A stretch of 64,000 bases of DNA from Takakia lepidozioides (Eukaryota; Plantae; Bryophyta): NCBI GenBank assembly GCA_030704615.1, contig CM060732.1, positions 45,322,001 through 45,386,000 on the forward strand, written 5' to 3'. Below the pieces are notes generated by a model. That model searched no databases. It had not been told where the DNA came from and saw only the letters and a list, made by a program, of their open reading frames with translations. Shown here one piece after another: positions 53,885 to 64,000 of this stretch; the first letter of the stretch is position 1, and each line of letters starts with the position of its first letter. The translations under genes were made by a program, and so were the position numbers.

Positions 53885-56800
53885 TTACTCACATGAAAAG
53901 TCGTTGTCGACCTGCTTATCTTCGGGATCGTCATCATTTCGAATTTGAATCCGATCAGTCTGTGTGCCTGAAGTGGAGCCAGACAAAAGGGGGAGGAGCA
54001 CTGTGTTGTAGAGGTCAGAATCACCCTCCATGCCAAAAAGGCTTCTTCCGCCTGCCTTGCATGCGTGGTAAGTTGCTCCTGCACCAGACAGGAGAACATG
54101 AACAGTTTGGAGGGGGGGATTTAAGCAGATGAAACTGTTGAAAGGAAACCAATTCGGAAGGGAAAAAACGAACCTGTGGACACAGAAAGATCGACCACCC
54201 GTGCAGAGCGGTGGCTGCATGACTCCAGCAGTATTTGCATGAATGCTGGTGACTTTTCCTTTGCACCTCTCCAGGGAGTGCCATCTGGTCTCTTCAGAGT
54301 CTGACTGGACTGCATGAAGTTGTACAAAATGTCATCGACATGGGGCTCATAGGGGGGGTTGACGAAACAACCCTGGTCAGAAATCTCAAAGCTGCGGATG
54401 GAGGATGGTGTCTTTGATGTGCGAATCCTCCGCAGGCAGATCGCCTCGAACATCCTCGTCTGCCAAAGATAGCAGGTTAGTGTGGTAAACACAATCTATA
54501 GTGGAAGTGTGTACATCGGCTATTCAGAACTCTGACACAAAAAAATCATGAATCGTTGATGATCGGTGTCGATCATAAAACATTCTACTAGAGTGGAGCT
54601 GCAGAGAAAATTGAAACTCATGATCAAAGCACAAGCAGAAGGGAGACGGCATACCAGCTGACCAGGGAAACCCCCTTTCACAAGGTAGAGGCTGTTCACA
54701 CAATTCCATGTGCGCAAAACTTCAAACCCTGAAGACTTGAGGTATGATGCCAATGCCCGACGACTATCATTGTCACATGACTGAAAAAGCAGAAGTGTCC
54801 CTGCATCAGAGAGGAAATTGTTACAGAACCCGAACACCCAACTCCAGTAGTTGTCCTCGAATTTGTTCCAGCCTGGCGTCTTGCCCTTTGGAAGAACTTC
54901 TGGCACAGCCTGGCCATCCGGGATGTCGAGAATGACAATGTCGGCCGCATAAGTTTTCTGCACACCGCACACGAAGGTGGGACCTGTGCTCACCTGCAAC
55001 AGACATGTTTTTTATAAGAACGATGGCAAGAATGTTTTCAAAGAACGAGACTGAAATACTGCCAACGAAACTTTCAGAGAAAAAGGAAAGAAACTGGAAT
55101 TCTCACCAGATTGAGGAATGAGATTATATTGTCCCAGGTAGGGGATGGCACCCCAGTGTATCCTCTCTTTCGACTCTGCATCATCGAAAGCCAACCCTCA
55201 TTAACAATTTTCATCTCTCCTGCTGAATCAGAACGGGAAGGGTGTGGCTTGGCATCGAACACGCACTGAAGAGTGCGGGTATATCTTCCAGCAGTAAAGT
55301 CCTGCCCACTCTCCATCTCCTTTTCATTCTCCTTCCCCTTGTCCTTTTCCTTCTCTTTGGACTTGTCTTTGTCCTTTGGCTTTGCTGGTGAGATGGCTAT
55401 GACATCAACAGCCTTGTCTTTTGGTTTGCGGCCCGCCTTCTTTCCCTTCTGCGGCGTTCCCTGAGCATCAGGCTCCTTGGCAGCCAAGGTTGCTATGTTT
55501 CGTTGATACTCTTCGTCAGTCAAAGGCGCCAGCATCTCAGCGTTATTGTTCAAGTATTTCATATGCTGTTCTTGAAAGGTCGTGTGCTCAGGTGGGCAGT
55601 CAAGGTACCACCCACAGTCTCTGAAGTGAGAAGGACTCCAGTCCTCCCTGCAGTATACATGGTTGGATCGTTTGCAGGGGGTCCGACCACATGTCAGATA
55701 GTCAGGATTCCCGCTCAGGTGATTTCCTTCCATACAGCACATATTTCGTGTACCTGAAAAAATACAAAAGCGCTCAGTGAGTAAGATGCAAGTAGAACAG
55801 AAAGAATAAAACATGATTGAAATGGCTCTGACAACTGCTCCAAGGACCTTTCAGGACCACACTACTGCTCCAGATATGAATGTCGTCAACGCCATTCAGA
55901 ACATTCCATTCATGACACTGTAAATACATCCTAATCCAGGTGAATGCAAATATCGATTACGACATTCAAGAATGAAGCCAAATTAATACTTAAATGAAGC
56001 AAAATCACAGGATGGAAATAAAAAATTGAGTAAGGAACCATCCAGGAAAACTCAATGCACATTCATAACGAACCTATCACTGAGGACCTCACAACATCAC
56101 TGTATGTGAATGGCGTCAACGCCATTCACAAAAATACCAAAAAAGAAACCAATTACTTAGCTCCCCAATCCATGTAAATTGAATTTGTCGCTTTGAATAA
56201 TACAGACACAGCTGTGAATGTCGTCAACGACATTCACTTTGGATTTCTTAAAACAGAGCTTATCAAGCCTCCACATTCATCGCAAGAGGAAAAAAACAAT
56301 GCAGAACAACTGAATGTCTGCATTGACATTCAGCAAAATGAAGTGAGGAACCCTCACTGTAACCTCTATGGACATTACAAAAATTTAAATAACCTGAGGA
56401 CCTCTCAACAACTCCGTATGTGAATGTCGTCAACGCCATTCAAATATTGCACCCTTAGATCCTAACCAGGTGAATTCATATACTCGCTTAAGAATGACTT
56501 AGACAAAGAAGTGAATTGTCGTCAACGACATTCAATTGGATCTAAGATTGCAATCCATATGAAGCCACATTTTTTCCCAAAAAAACAGTAGAGTTTCAAG
56601 TATGACATTGCACCTGTACACTAACTCGCATTCATGGCCCACTCTCCTCCAACCTGACTGTCAAAAGTCGTTGACGTAAAATGTTACCATCTTTGAGAAC
56701 TCCCGAAAAAACAGTATCTCCCAGGTGAGACCTCTCCACTTCCTTATGTATGTCTCCAATGACATTTGGGGAGAGGAAACATCGCAATGTTCAGGTCCTT

Positions 56801-58475
56801 CAAAGTCCTGATCCAGCACAATGGACGGCGCGCTTTTCGACTGCTGCAAATAGTATATTTGTCAGAATTGCAAAAAAGATATACACATCACATACTTGAA
56901 GAGAAGAAACAGCATGTTCGAATACACACCTGACTCCAAAATGTAGCCTTGTGGAAGCCAATTATTATCAAACACCAAATCACTGATTCCTTCCACCTTT
57001 GTGCCAGGCTGTATGGTGCTCTTTGGGAACTGATTCAAGTCCTTTCCTGTTTGATCTGAGTTCCATATCTCCAGCCACCTTATTTTTTGTTTGTGGTTCG
57101 ACCACCATCGATATGGCAGCCGGTGCAATTTCTCCCTGCTTGCCTCTCCGATGCACATGCTTGTCATAGTGTGTTTTATCTGCTGAAGGAACTCAGGACC
57201 AAGTCAGGATCTCCTATTTCTAAGCTGCGTTCCGAAGGCTGACATCAATTTGGTTCTTCGCATTCTCAAACTCCTTCTTATTGCAGCTTCCACACCCTTT
57301 GATGTCCTTAGTTCCTCTGGTGTAGTGCGGTAATATTCGATTTCCCTTCTCAGCTGCCTCTGCCAGTTCTTGCTGCATTCATTCCAGTAGTGATTAGCTC
57401 CGAAGGGACTCTAAACATGTATTCGAAAAGTAAACAGATTACAGACTCGGGCTTACCGCATACATGTACTCCAGAACGCCTCGTGTCAAAGAATACCAAA
57501 GTGCCCTGCGCTCTTCCTGTTTCGCACTTCTTGATGATAATTGGGTGGTAGTACTGTCCGAAAATCATTCCAGCTTCATCAGACCAATCCTCTGAATTCG
57601 GAATAAGTGTGTGAACCAATCTTGTTTGTCACATCTGCGATTTCTCTGTCGATCTGCAAAAACATTGGAAACATTGCATTCCTTAACACTGTTTTTGGAG
57701 GATTAACAAGACACTACAGAGGGAATCAAATCTCCTGGAATGACTTACTTGTTTGTTCACGTCGTGCCATAGCTGTTAAGAAGCCTAGCGATGTCGTTTC
57801 CTGGATCCAAAACCATTGCCTCACAGCAACATGCTTGTCTTTGTCTTTCGAATGGTGTTTCTGAATGTATCCATCCATGCCAAGCAATCGGTGGTTGCCG
57901 TCCCAGACGTAGAACATGTGGGTTGCAGAATTGCTGGGTGTTCTTTCCCATCATGAGGCCCAGCTCGAACTCCTCATTGGCATCTTTCCAGCACTCATCC
58001 CAGTTATCACTGATCTCTGGAGAAACTAATGTGCTTTTCCCATTTATATCCGTCAGTGACACATAAAAAACTTGTGCACCAAGTCTATATCCATGCACAA
58101 AATCACTCTCCAATTTTGTTATGTCATGGGAAAGAGGTGGACGCACAACAGGCATTGATATCATCCGGCACAGAATAACCTCCTGAGAGTTTACCTTCTG
58201 GAATGACATGAGTTCTTTCACCTTGTCAAGGTAGTTGCACTTCGGATTCATCTGCTTCATCTGTATTCTCTGAGCACGAGCATGTCCCTTATAACCTCCT
58301 GAGAGTTTACCTTCTGGCATGACATGAGTTCTTTCACCTTGTCAAGGTAGTGCACTTCGGATTCATCTGCTTCATCTGTATTCTCTGAGCTTTTTGCGGA
58401 CTCGTCCCCATCTCCAGATCCTTTCCCCTCTGATCCTGTAGGCTTCGACCTCACAGTTTTCTGGCACGATGCCAT
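53885..58475 (-). pseudogene. Multi-exon cargo gene: ParB/Srx-like domain, PHD-like finger, Lys-rich linker, beta-class N6A/N4C DNA methyltransferase (frameshifted copy)
   Basis: VRPPL..FYVS..FYVWDGNHRL (ParB-like). CCM..CGRTPC..HVYC..W..CPPEH (PHD-like). MTase exons 54993-54655, ~54459-54174 and 54078-53885 splice in frame: ADIVILDIPDG..FLSDAGTLLLF..GFEVLRTW..GAKEKSPAFMQILLE..VVDLSVSTG|ATYHACKAGGRSLFGMEGD. A possible further 5' exon lies at ~59000-59195. Confidence 0.75.
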
Positions 58476-58820
58476 TCAGTTCTGACTAAGTGATTTGCAA
58501 TAGTGAATGGCGGTAACGACAATCACTCTGTATCAAGGAACTCACCATGAATGGTGGTGAAAGAATTCAGCACAACTACACATGCAAAGTCGAGACTGCC
58601 GTATTCAAAACAAAATCGAGATGGGCGATAGCGAACGGCGTTAACGACAATCACAAAGATAACAACCGCCGGATCGGTGTTGTGTAATGACATATATGTG
58701 CAACTGATTGGGCAACGACAATCATTGTAGTTTAGGAGAATAGTAAGTGCAGACTCTCTCTTCAACACATAGGTACATAAATCTCATGAGGAGAATGGAA
58801 TGGCGTTAACGACGCTCGCC
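55877..58820. repeat. Dispersed 22-bp palindromes TGAATGKCGTCAACGMCATTCA in non-coding segments of the cargo gene
   Basis: Near-perfect copies at 55877, 56107, 56215, 56421 and 56512. Degenerate copies at 56311, 58504, 58632, 58705 and 58798. Confidence 0.9.
58177..58390. repeat. Direct tandem duplication (~98 bp copies, ~115 bp apart) within the cargo gene
   Basis: ataacctcctgagagtttaccttctgg..ctgtattctctgagc occurs twice, giving HYLDKVKELMS.QKVNSQEVI in two frames. Confidence 0.9.
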
Positions 58821-60499
58821 GATTCAGTAGTTCCTGCTAAAGAATGGAAGAGGAAGGACTCCTTGAAAGGCAATCATACAGACTATATGATAAAACTTAC
58901 TGGCACCTTCTTAGGTTTTGAAATTTGATCCCCTTCTGCAGCTTTCCTCTTCCCTCTCACATCTGCTGGAGTTTCGGTCTGCGCAAGGGTTTCTTGACCT
59001 TCTTCAGTTCGGCGTCCGCGTGCTTCCACCTTCTTCCAGTGTCCCCTTTTCGTTCATCTCTGCCTCCACAGGCTGGCGCCCTCTTATCGCCGACTGTGGC
59101 GCAGCCGCTCCCTCAGTCTCCGTCTGCTTTGAATCAGTCTCCGCGTTCACCTGCTGCCTTGGCCCTGTGTTCTCCAACAAACGACGCCTCGTCATTTTCT
59201 CTCTTGCTCTGCGTCTCTCTCTAAGGGAGTAAAATAAGAGACTTTCTTCCTTTCGTATTCTAGAAGGACCTCTCCAGCTTGACTACCACTCTCCCTCTAA
59301 CGCGAAAAGTAGAAAAACGAAGTGAAGTCCCGATTTCTTGCGGGATTGCCTGTGTTCTTGCGTGTCTCTAGAAGCATCGGATTCCCTCCCGCGTGACCGT
59401 TACACATAGTCGTTCCTTATTAGTGCAACATGCCAGCAATTGGTGTACAGCTGTTCGTATTCAGTTAGGGATGTCTTACGTGTGCCGCCCAAAAAAAACG
59501 GCGTGTTCTTTATTATAACGGGTTCAATATTTAAAAGAACAGCGAATCCCAGAAATTGATGCGCAGTCTTAACAAATAAATATAATGAACGAGAGTTTGA
59601 TGACAAATTTTGGAATATCATACACGGTCATCCTTGTTATCCAAACCCCACATTCGTTTCACATTTGAACTTTCCAGGTGCGCCATGATCATTGGTAGTA
59701 GTATATAGATACATTTACTTACTCTGCAATCCCATTCTCAGATCCTGTGGCATGCTTCCAGGAAGTCGGCTTTGTTATTGGGTTTATTGATGAGGTTCTG
59801 ATTAACGGTTTAACAGTTGCCGACACTGCCCCTAGGGATTCTCTGACCACTGGCCCCAGGAACAGTAATTAAAATGGACGGCTGCATATCTGGAATGAAT
59901 AACAGAATATGCACAGTCGTTATCTGGCTTCCTCCGCCATATGCTCTGCTCATTCTTCAACTGTGTTTGGAGACAGCAGTAAACCGATTAACACTAGATC
60001 TGCGATAGCAAGGTACAAACATACTTGAGGAAGGAATGGCTTCCTCTGAAGCGGATCTTCTTCTCAGATGACAAACCGTGCCGTTCTCCCGGAAGTCCTT
60101 GACAATGGATTTTGCAATTGTTCTGGAACATGTCTTGGCTACCCTTTTCAGCTGCAGAATGGCTCCATCTTTTTGGAGAAAGAGGTTTACGATCTGAAAA
60201 GGGAAGTTGTTGAAATATTCTTTCCAAAACCGTGATGAGACGGCTCATATCAGCCAGTGGAGAGTGCGTCCTGGTCGATACAGAGTACTTGGAGAGCCTC
60301 GGCGAAAGTCCCTTGGGTCATATGTGACGCCCGGGACTGCTTGCTTCGGTCGTTGAAGACAAGAGGGAGGTGGTGGTGAAAAAGAACAGACTTCCTCCAC
60401 TCCAATCGTTGAGCTTCGGATTCTTCCGATGATGACATAAGTGAAATTCCAAATCCGTCCTTCCTACTGTGGTTGCAGAAGCTGATGAAGAAGAGATTT

Positions 60500-63400
60500 G
60501 TAGTGTCATTCCAAAATTGCGGGCGATGGAGGAATGGCTGGATTCAAAAGTGAGTTGCGGGGAATTGATTGGGAATCTTTGAAGCAGGTGCCTGTGAAGT
60601 TCTTGCCGGAGACTTTTGATGGCGATATCCTATTCGAGCTGCCTCCTCCTCCGCGAATTGGAGGTGTAACATCATGATGCATGGAATGGACAAGAAACAC
60701 GACGGGCACCCGTGGTGCAGAACAAACCATCCAATATCAGAATGATACAAGCTTGTTTTCAGGAGGACAGTTTGCAATGGACACCTTAGGTGTGATAATT
60801 TGAATTGCAGACACTTTCTTCAGTCTGGGGTTCATAATCAAGCGAATGGGAGGGTCTGGCGGAGAATCCATTTCAGCCTGGGACTGCCCCTCCACCGGCA
60901 AACACTTCGTCTGCAAATTCTGCAAACTTGTGCCATCCTGCTTGGTCGCTCTGCTGAGCAAGAATGTACTATGTTGTCCACCGTTTGAATACAATGACGA
61001 GAGCTTGTGTGCTTTTGGATTCCATAACCATCCTGTCTCGAAGGGGATTACAGGGAGATGTTGAGACAGTATCGAGGTTGATCAAACAGGAGTTCGGGAG
61101 AAACCCATCCGCAACAACATCTGCAATTGCTCTTGGCGCAAGCAAGTCCTTCTTGGAACCATATTTTGAGTTAAGGAGATTCTGTGGGGACTAAACTTGA
61201 CGGTGCAGCATTGGACCTGGTCATGGATCATTTCTCCACTTTAAGTTCACCTAACATTCGGCATCAGATCAATGCATTGAGAATGGGCTCTGGGATCAGA
61301 GGCTACATAGACATATTTTGGAATTGAAATGACTGAGCAAGTACGATTACATCCAGGACAATGTATTCCAGGTCAAGGTGCCATCAAAGTTTTTCTTTTC
61401 AAAATGTCGACTGTTTGGGGAGGGCAGTGGGGTTAGCCTCGTGAAGCGGATGCAGAAGACTGGGGACTTGCAGAACTGTTTTCTTATGTGTTTGATCATG
61501 TGAACGAGTGAAGGATTGGACGACAATGGCTTGTCATGTCTACGATCCAGTGTACCAACGAGTTATGACAATTGCAGTTTGTGACATGCAATCCATGATA
61601 CGGAATCCCAGAAGCTCATGTGGAATTCCCTGATACGTGTCATGGGCTGCCATGGGCTGCCATCTCCAAATTTCGCAGGTTTCATGGCGGATAGTGCTCA
61701 AGCAAATTTCAATGCTATTCGTATTGTCTTCGGATCGGGCGACCCAAAGTGCCTATGCCGGAAGAGAGCGTACATGTCTATTCCATTGGACACAATCTCT
61801 GGAAAAACATACAAAGTCGGACATCAAACCAGAGATGCAGACTCAGCACCGTAAACTGTGCAAAGAGTACAAAGATGCTAGAACAATGAAGGAGGCGGAC
61901 ACTTTGTTCCAGACAATTCGTGCCTGGTGGTTCTCTTCTGGAGCTGGCATCACTTGAGAGTATGAGAGCATTGAAGATTGGCTGGCGTTTGGCACTTCCG
62001 GTATAGACAGTGGGGAGCAGCCATGACAATGGTACGAGGCTCTATTTCATGCTTTATTCATACATTTGCTTTCCATATTTTTGACTCATGCTTTCTTTAT
62101 GTGTTTCCTGTGCACTATTCTGAAGTGTGGTTTATCCTCTTTGGCAGAACATGTCCATTGAGGAAATGGCGGACATGCCATCTTGCAATTTGCAGAAACT
62201 GTGCACAATGCTGGTTGCAGCAGTCTGGGAAACGAGGTCGGGATTTGTATGTGGCAACAACAGATGATTTGATCGTGCTTGCAACAACAAACCCGATACC
62301 GTGATTTCTTACGAGGTGGGGTTGGTGGCAAGGGTCCGGACAAATGGGAGTTGATGTTGCGTCCTGCAAACAGATCTGGGGATCCAATCAAGATAGCACG
62401 GGCGGTGAGCATTATGCCCAGGGAACGCCACTTGTTTTCTAGAGTTCCACATCTTGAAGGGGAGGAGAGATTCGGCTCCTGTAAGAGGAAATTGAACACT
62501 CCACCTGGTTCGGATTCAGATTCCCACAGGGCAGACCGTGATAACTTCTCGAAGCCTCGTGTTCCCCTGCATGACAGCTCCATGTCCGGAACCTCCATTG
62601 TGGAGGAACCTCCAACACGACGGCAAGCTCCAGCATCAAACCGTGCCACTGAAATGGTGCAGAGAGAAATAAACAACCCCCTTGATGTGCTTGAGTCCGC
62701 ATGCCCCGACCACGTTTTGGCACATAGAACGCACAAGTGTCGGTCTCGTGTGAATGTACAGCGATCAGGGCAACTAATTTCGAGAAGTGCACTTCATCTA
62801 TATCCAGAGGTGGTGCCCGAACTCCTGCTCCGACTTTCACGGCAAGCTGGTGCACGAATGGTGCGAACTTGAGTCATCCGCTCCGCACTTTAGAAAGCAC
62901 AAGGGTCTCGTGGAATGCGTCAGGGCACTAACGGATATCAACCACCCTGCTCCGAGGGCTTGAGTCCAAGAACCAACAAGTTCTGGTTCTGCGCAGATGA
63001 TTGTGCCAGATGTGCATGAACTGTGCGTCCTTCCGTAGTGATGAAGCCATCTCCTCCAACCGTTTGCCCGTAAAAGGTGGGACACATCTCAGTTTTCGGA
63101 GATTGAAAGCTGGAGGAGGAAAGGTTGTTCCCTTGCGAGACAACCCCAACTCCATGCAGTGATACTACTCCTGCGCCTCCCGGGTCCCCCCGGCAAATCC
63201 TGACTTGTGGCCAACCAAACGAGATGGAAAGCTCGTTCGGGTTCCCTCCAACCGCTGAACACTTTGGCCAAATGGAGTCCGCAAGAATGCTCCAAGCTCG
63301 TGTCGGAAGCACACGGAAGTACCCGATCCAGGATATGGTCGGGTATTCACAATCATCACTTCCACATCTGCTGTTCATGACAGGACCTACGACATCACGG

Positions 63401-63560
63401 TTTCCAATTTCCCCAATTGCACATGTCCTGATTTGTGGATATGCTATCACCAGTTTGGCAAGAGAGGTAAATTCATACCCTGCAAACATTTGTATTTGGG
63501 ATGACCATGATTTGAAATGTGTAATTCCATCAATTTCGTCGGCTGTGCAATGATATGGCC
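60500..63560 (+). pseudogene. MULE-type DDE transposase with C-terminal SWIM zinc finger, frameshifted
   Basis: N-terminal HDGHPWC..CNGHLRC zinc region. FDHV..IAVCDMQ, FMADSAQANFNAIR, CLFHW (CxxH) and WHFRYRQWG. SWIM CTCPD..PCKHLY at ~63418-63495. Confidence 0.8.
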
Positions 63561-64000
63561 TCCAACTATACGGAGTGAGGTCTGAATGACAACTTTTAGG
63601 TAGTGCACATTTGTCATTGCACCGTTCGAAGTCTACATGTCTTGCTGTCGCTATGCACTACAATCATCTTTTGAAGATGATCATAACTCTCATTGTTATT
63701 TGAGGAGGGGGAAGTCTTCTCGTGGCAGCCTTTATGGCGCACACTTTGTGAGGTATTTTGTCGTCTTCGTAATTGTAAAAGTGAAACAAGCATTTGTAAT
63801 TGCACAATGTTGGATGCTGCAATTGTAGGCCTCAACGCTTCGTCTTCATTCTATTTAGGCAAGATTCCCTGCATTAATTCACGGTAATAGGACCATCCAC
63901 GGTATAGGCGGGCGCATGTTAATGCTGACATGGCATTGACGGACAGTGCCACGTCATCATTTACCGCCACATCAGCATGCTGACATGACGCTCACGCCAC

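Larger units (their letters stand above)
52858..64000. mobile_element. Mutator-like (MULE-SWIM) DNA transposon inserted in the Gypsy protease region; right end at or beyond the window edge
   Basis: The Gypsy frame stops abruptly at ~52857. GCCACGTCA and GCTCACGCC motif clusters occur at 52860-52970 and 63920-64000. It contains a transposase (+) and a divergent cargo gene (-). The TSD is not visible. Confidence 0.7.

Noticed and set aside
54340-54365. NPPY as the MTase catalytic motif IV
   Set aside because: It is not preceded by the usual hydrophobic strand context. The upstream DIVILDIPD fits the beta-class motif IV position better. A consensus alignment is needed to settle it.
55877-56534. 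CRISPR array interpretation of the palindromic repeats
   Set aside because: Spacing is irregular (about 90-230 bp), repeats are only 22 bp, there are no cas genes, and the context is a eukaryotic intron.
49134-58475. Bacterial contamination or a restriction-modification operon as the source of the two MTases
   Set aside because: One MTase is split by spliceosomal introns and the other is embedded in a Gypsy polyprotein. Both are linked to PHD fingers and no restriction enzyme is present.

Overview
Eukaryotic nuclear DNA from a non-seed land plant, probably a bryophyte; this is inferred from spliced plastid-protein genes, PLS-class PPR arrays and TE types. From left to right: an intact 3-exon TLP18.3/TPM-domain gene (-); a ~16 kb block of scrambled, mostly pseudogenised PLS/E+/DYW PPR sequence with an orphan FSH1 esterase exon; an intact 9-exon, ~2,480-aa gene combining a GBP/atlastin/VLIG-like GTPase, a Cys/His-rich zinc region and a vWA domain; an EGY3 pseudogene; MITEs; and a nested TE cluster. 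The cluster holds an L1-type LINE, a Ty3/Gypsy element with a C5-cytosine methyltransferase in its polyprotein and a PHD finger on its integrase, and a Mutator-like (MULE-SWIM) element inserted into the Gypsy. The MULE carries a divergently transcribed, spliced cargo gene (ParB-like, PHD-like and beta-class amino DNA methyltransferase regions) whose introns contain repeated 22-bp palindromes. That cargo gene and its palindromes are the strongest candidate for an undescribed system, although this copy is frameshifted. All calls come from manual motif recognition; no database searches were run.
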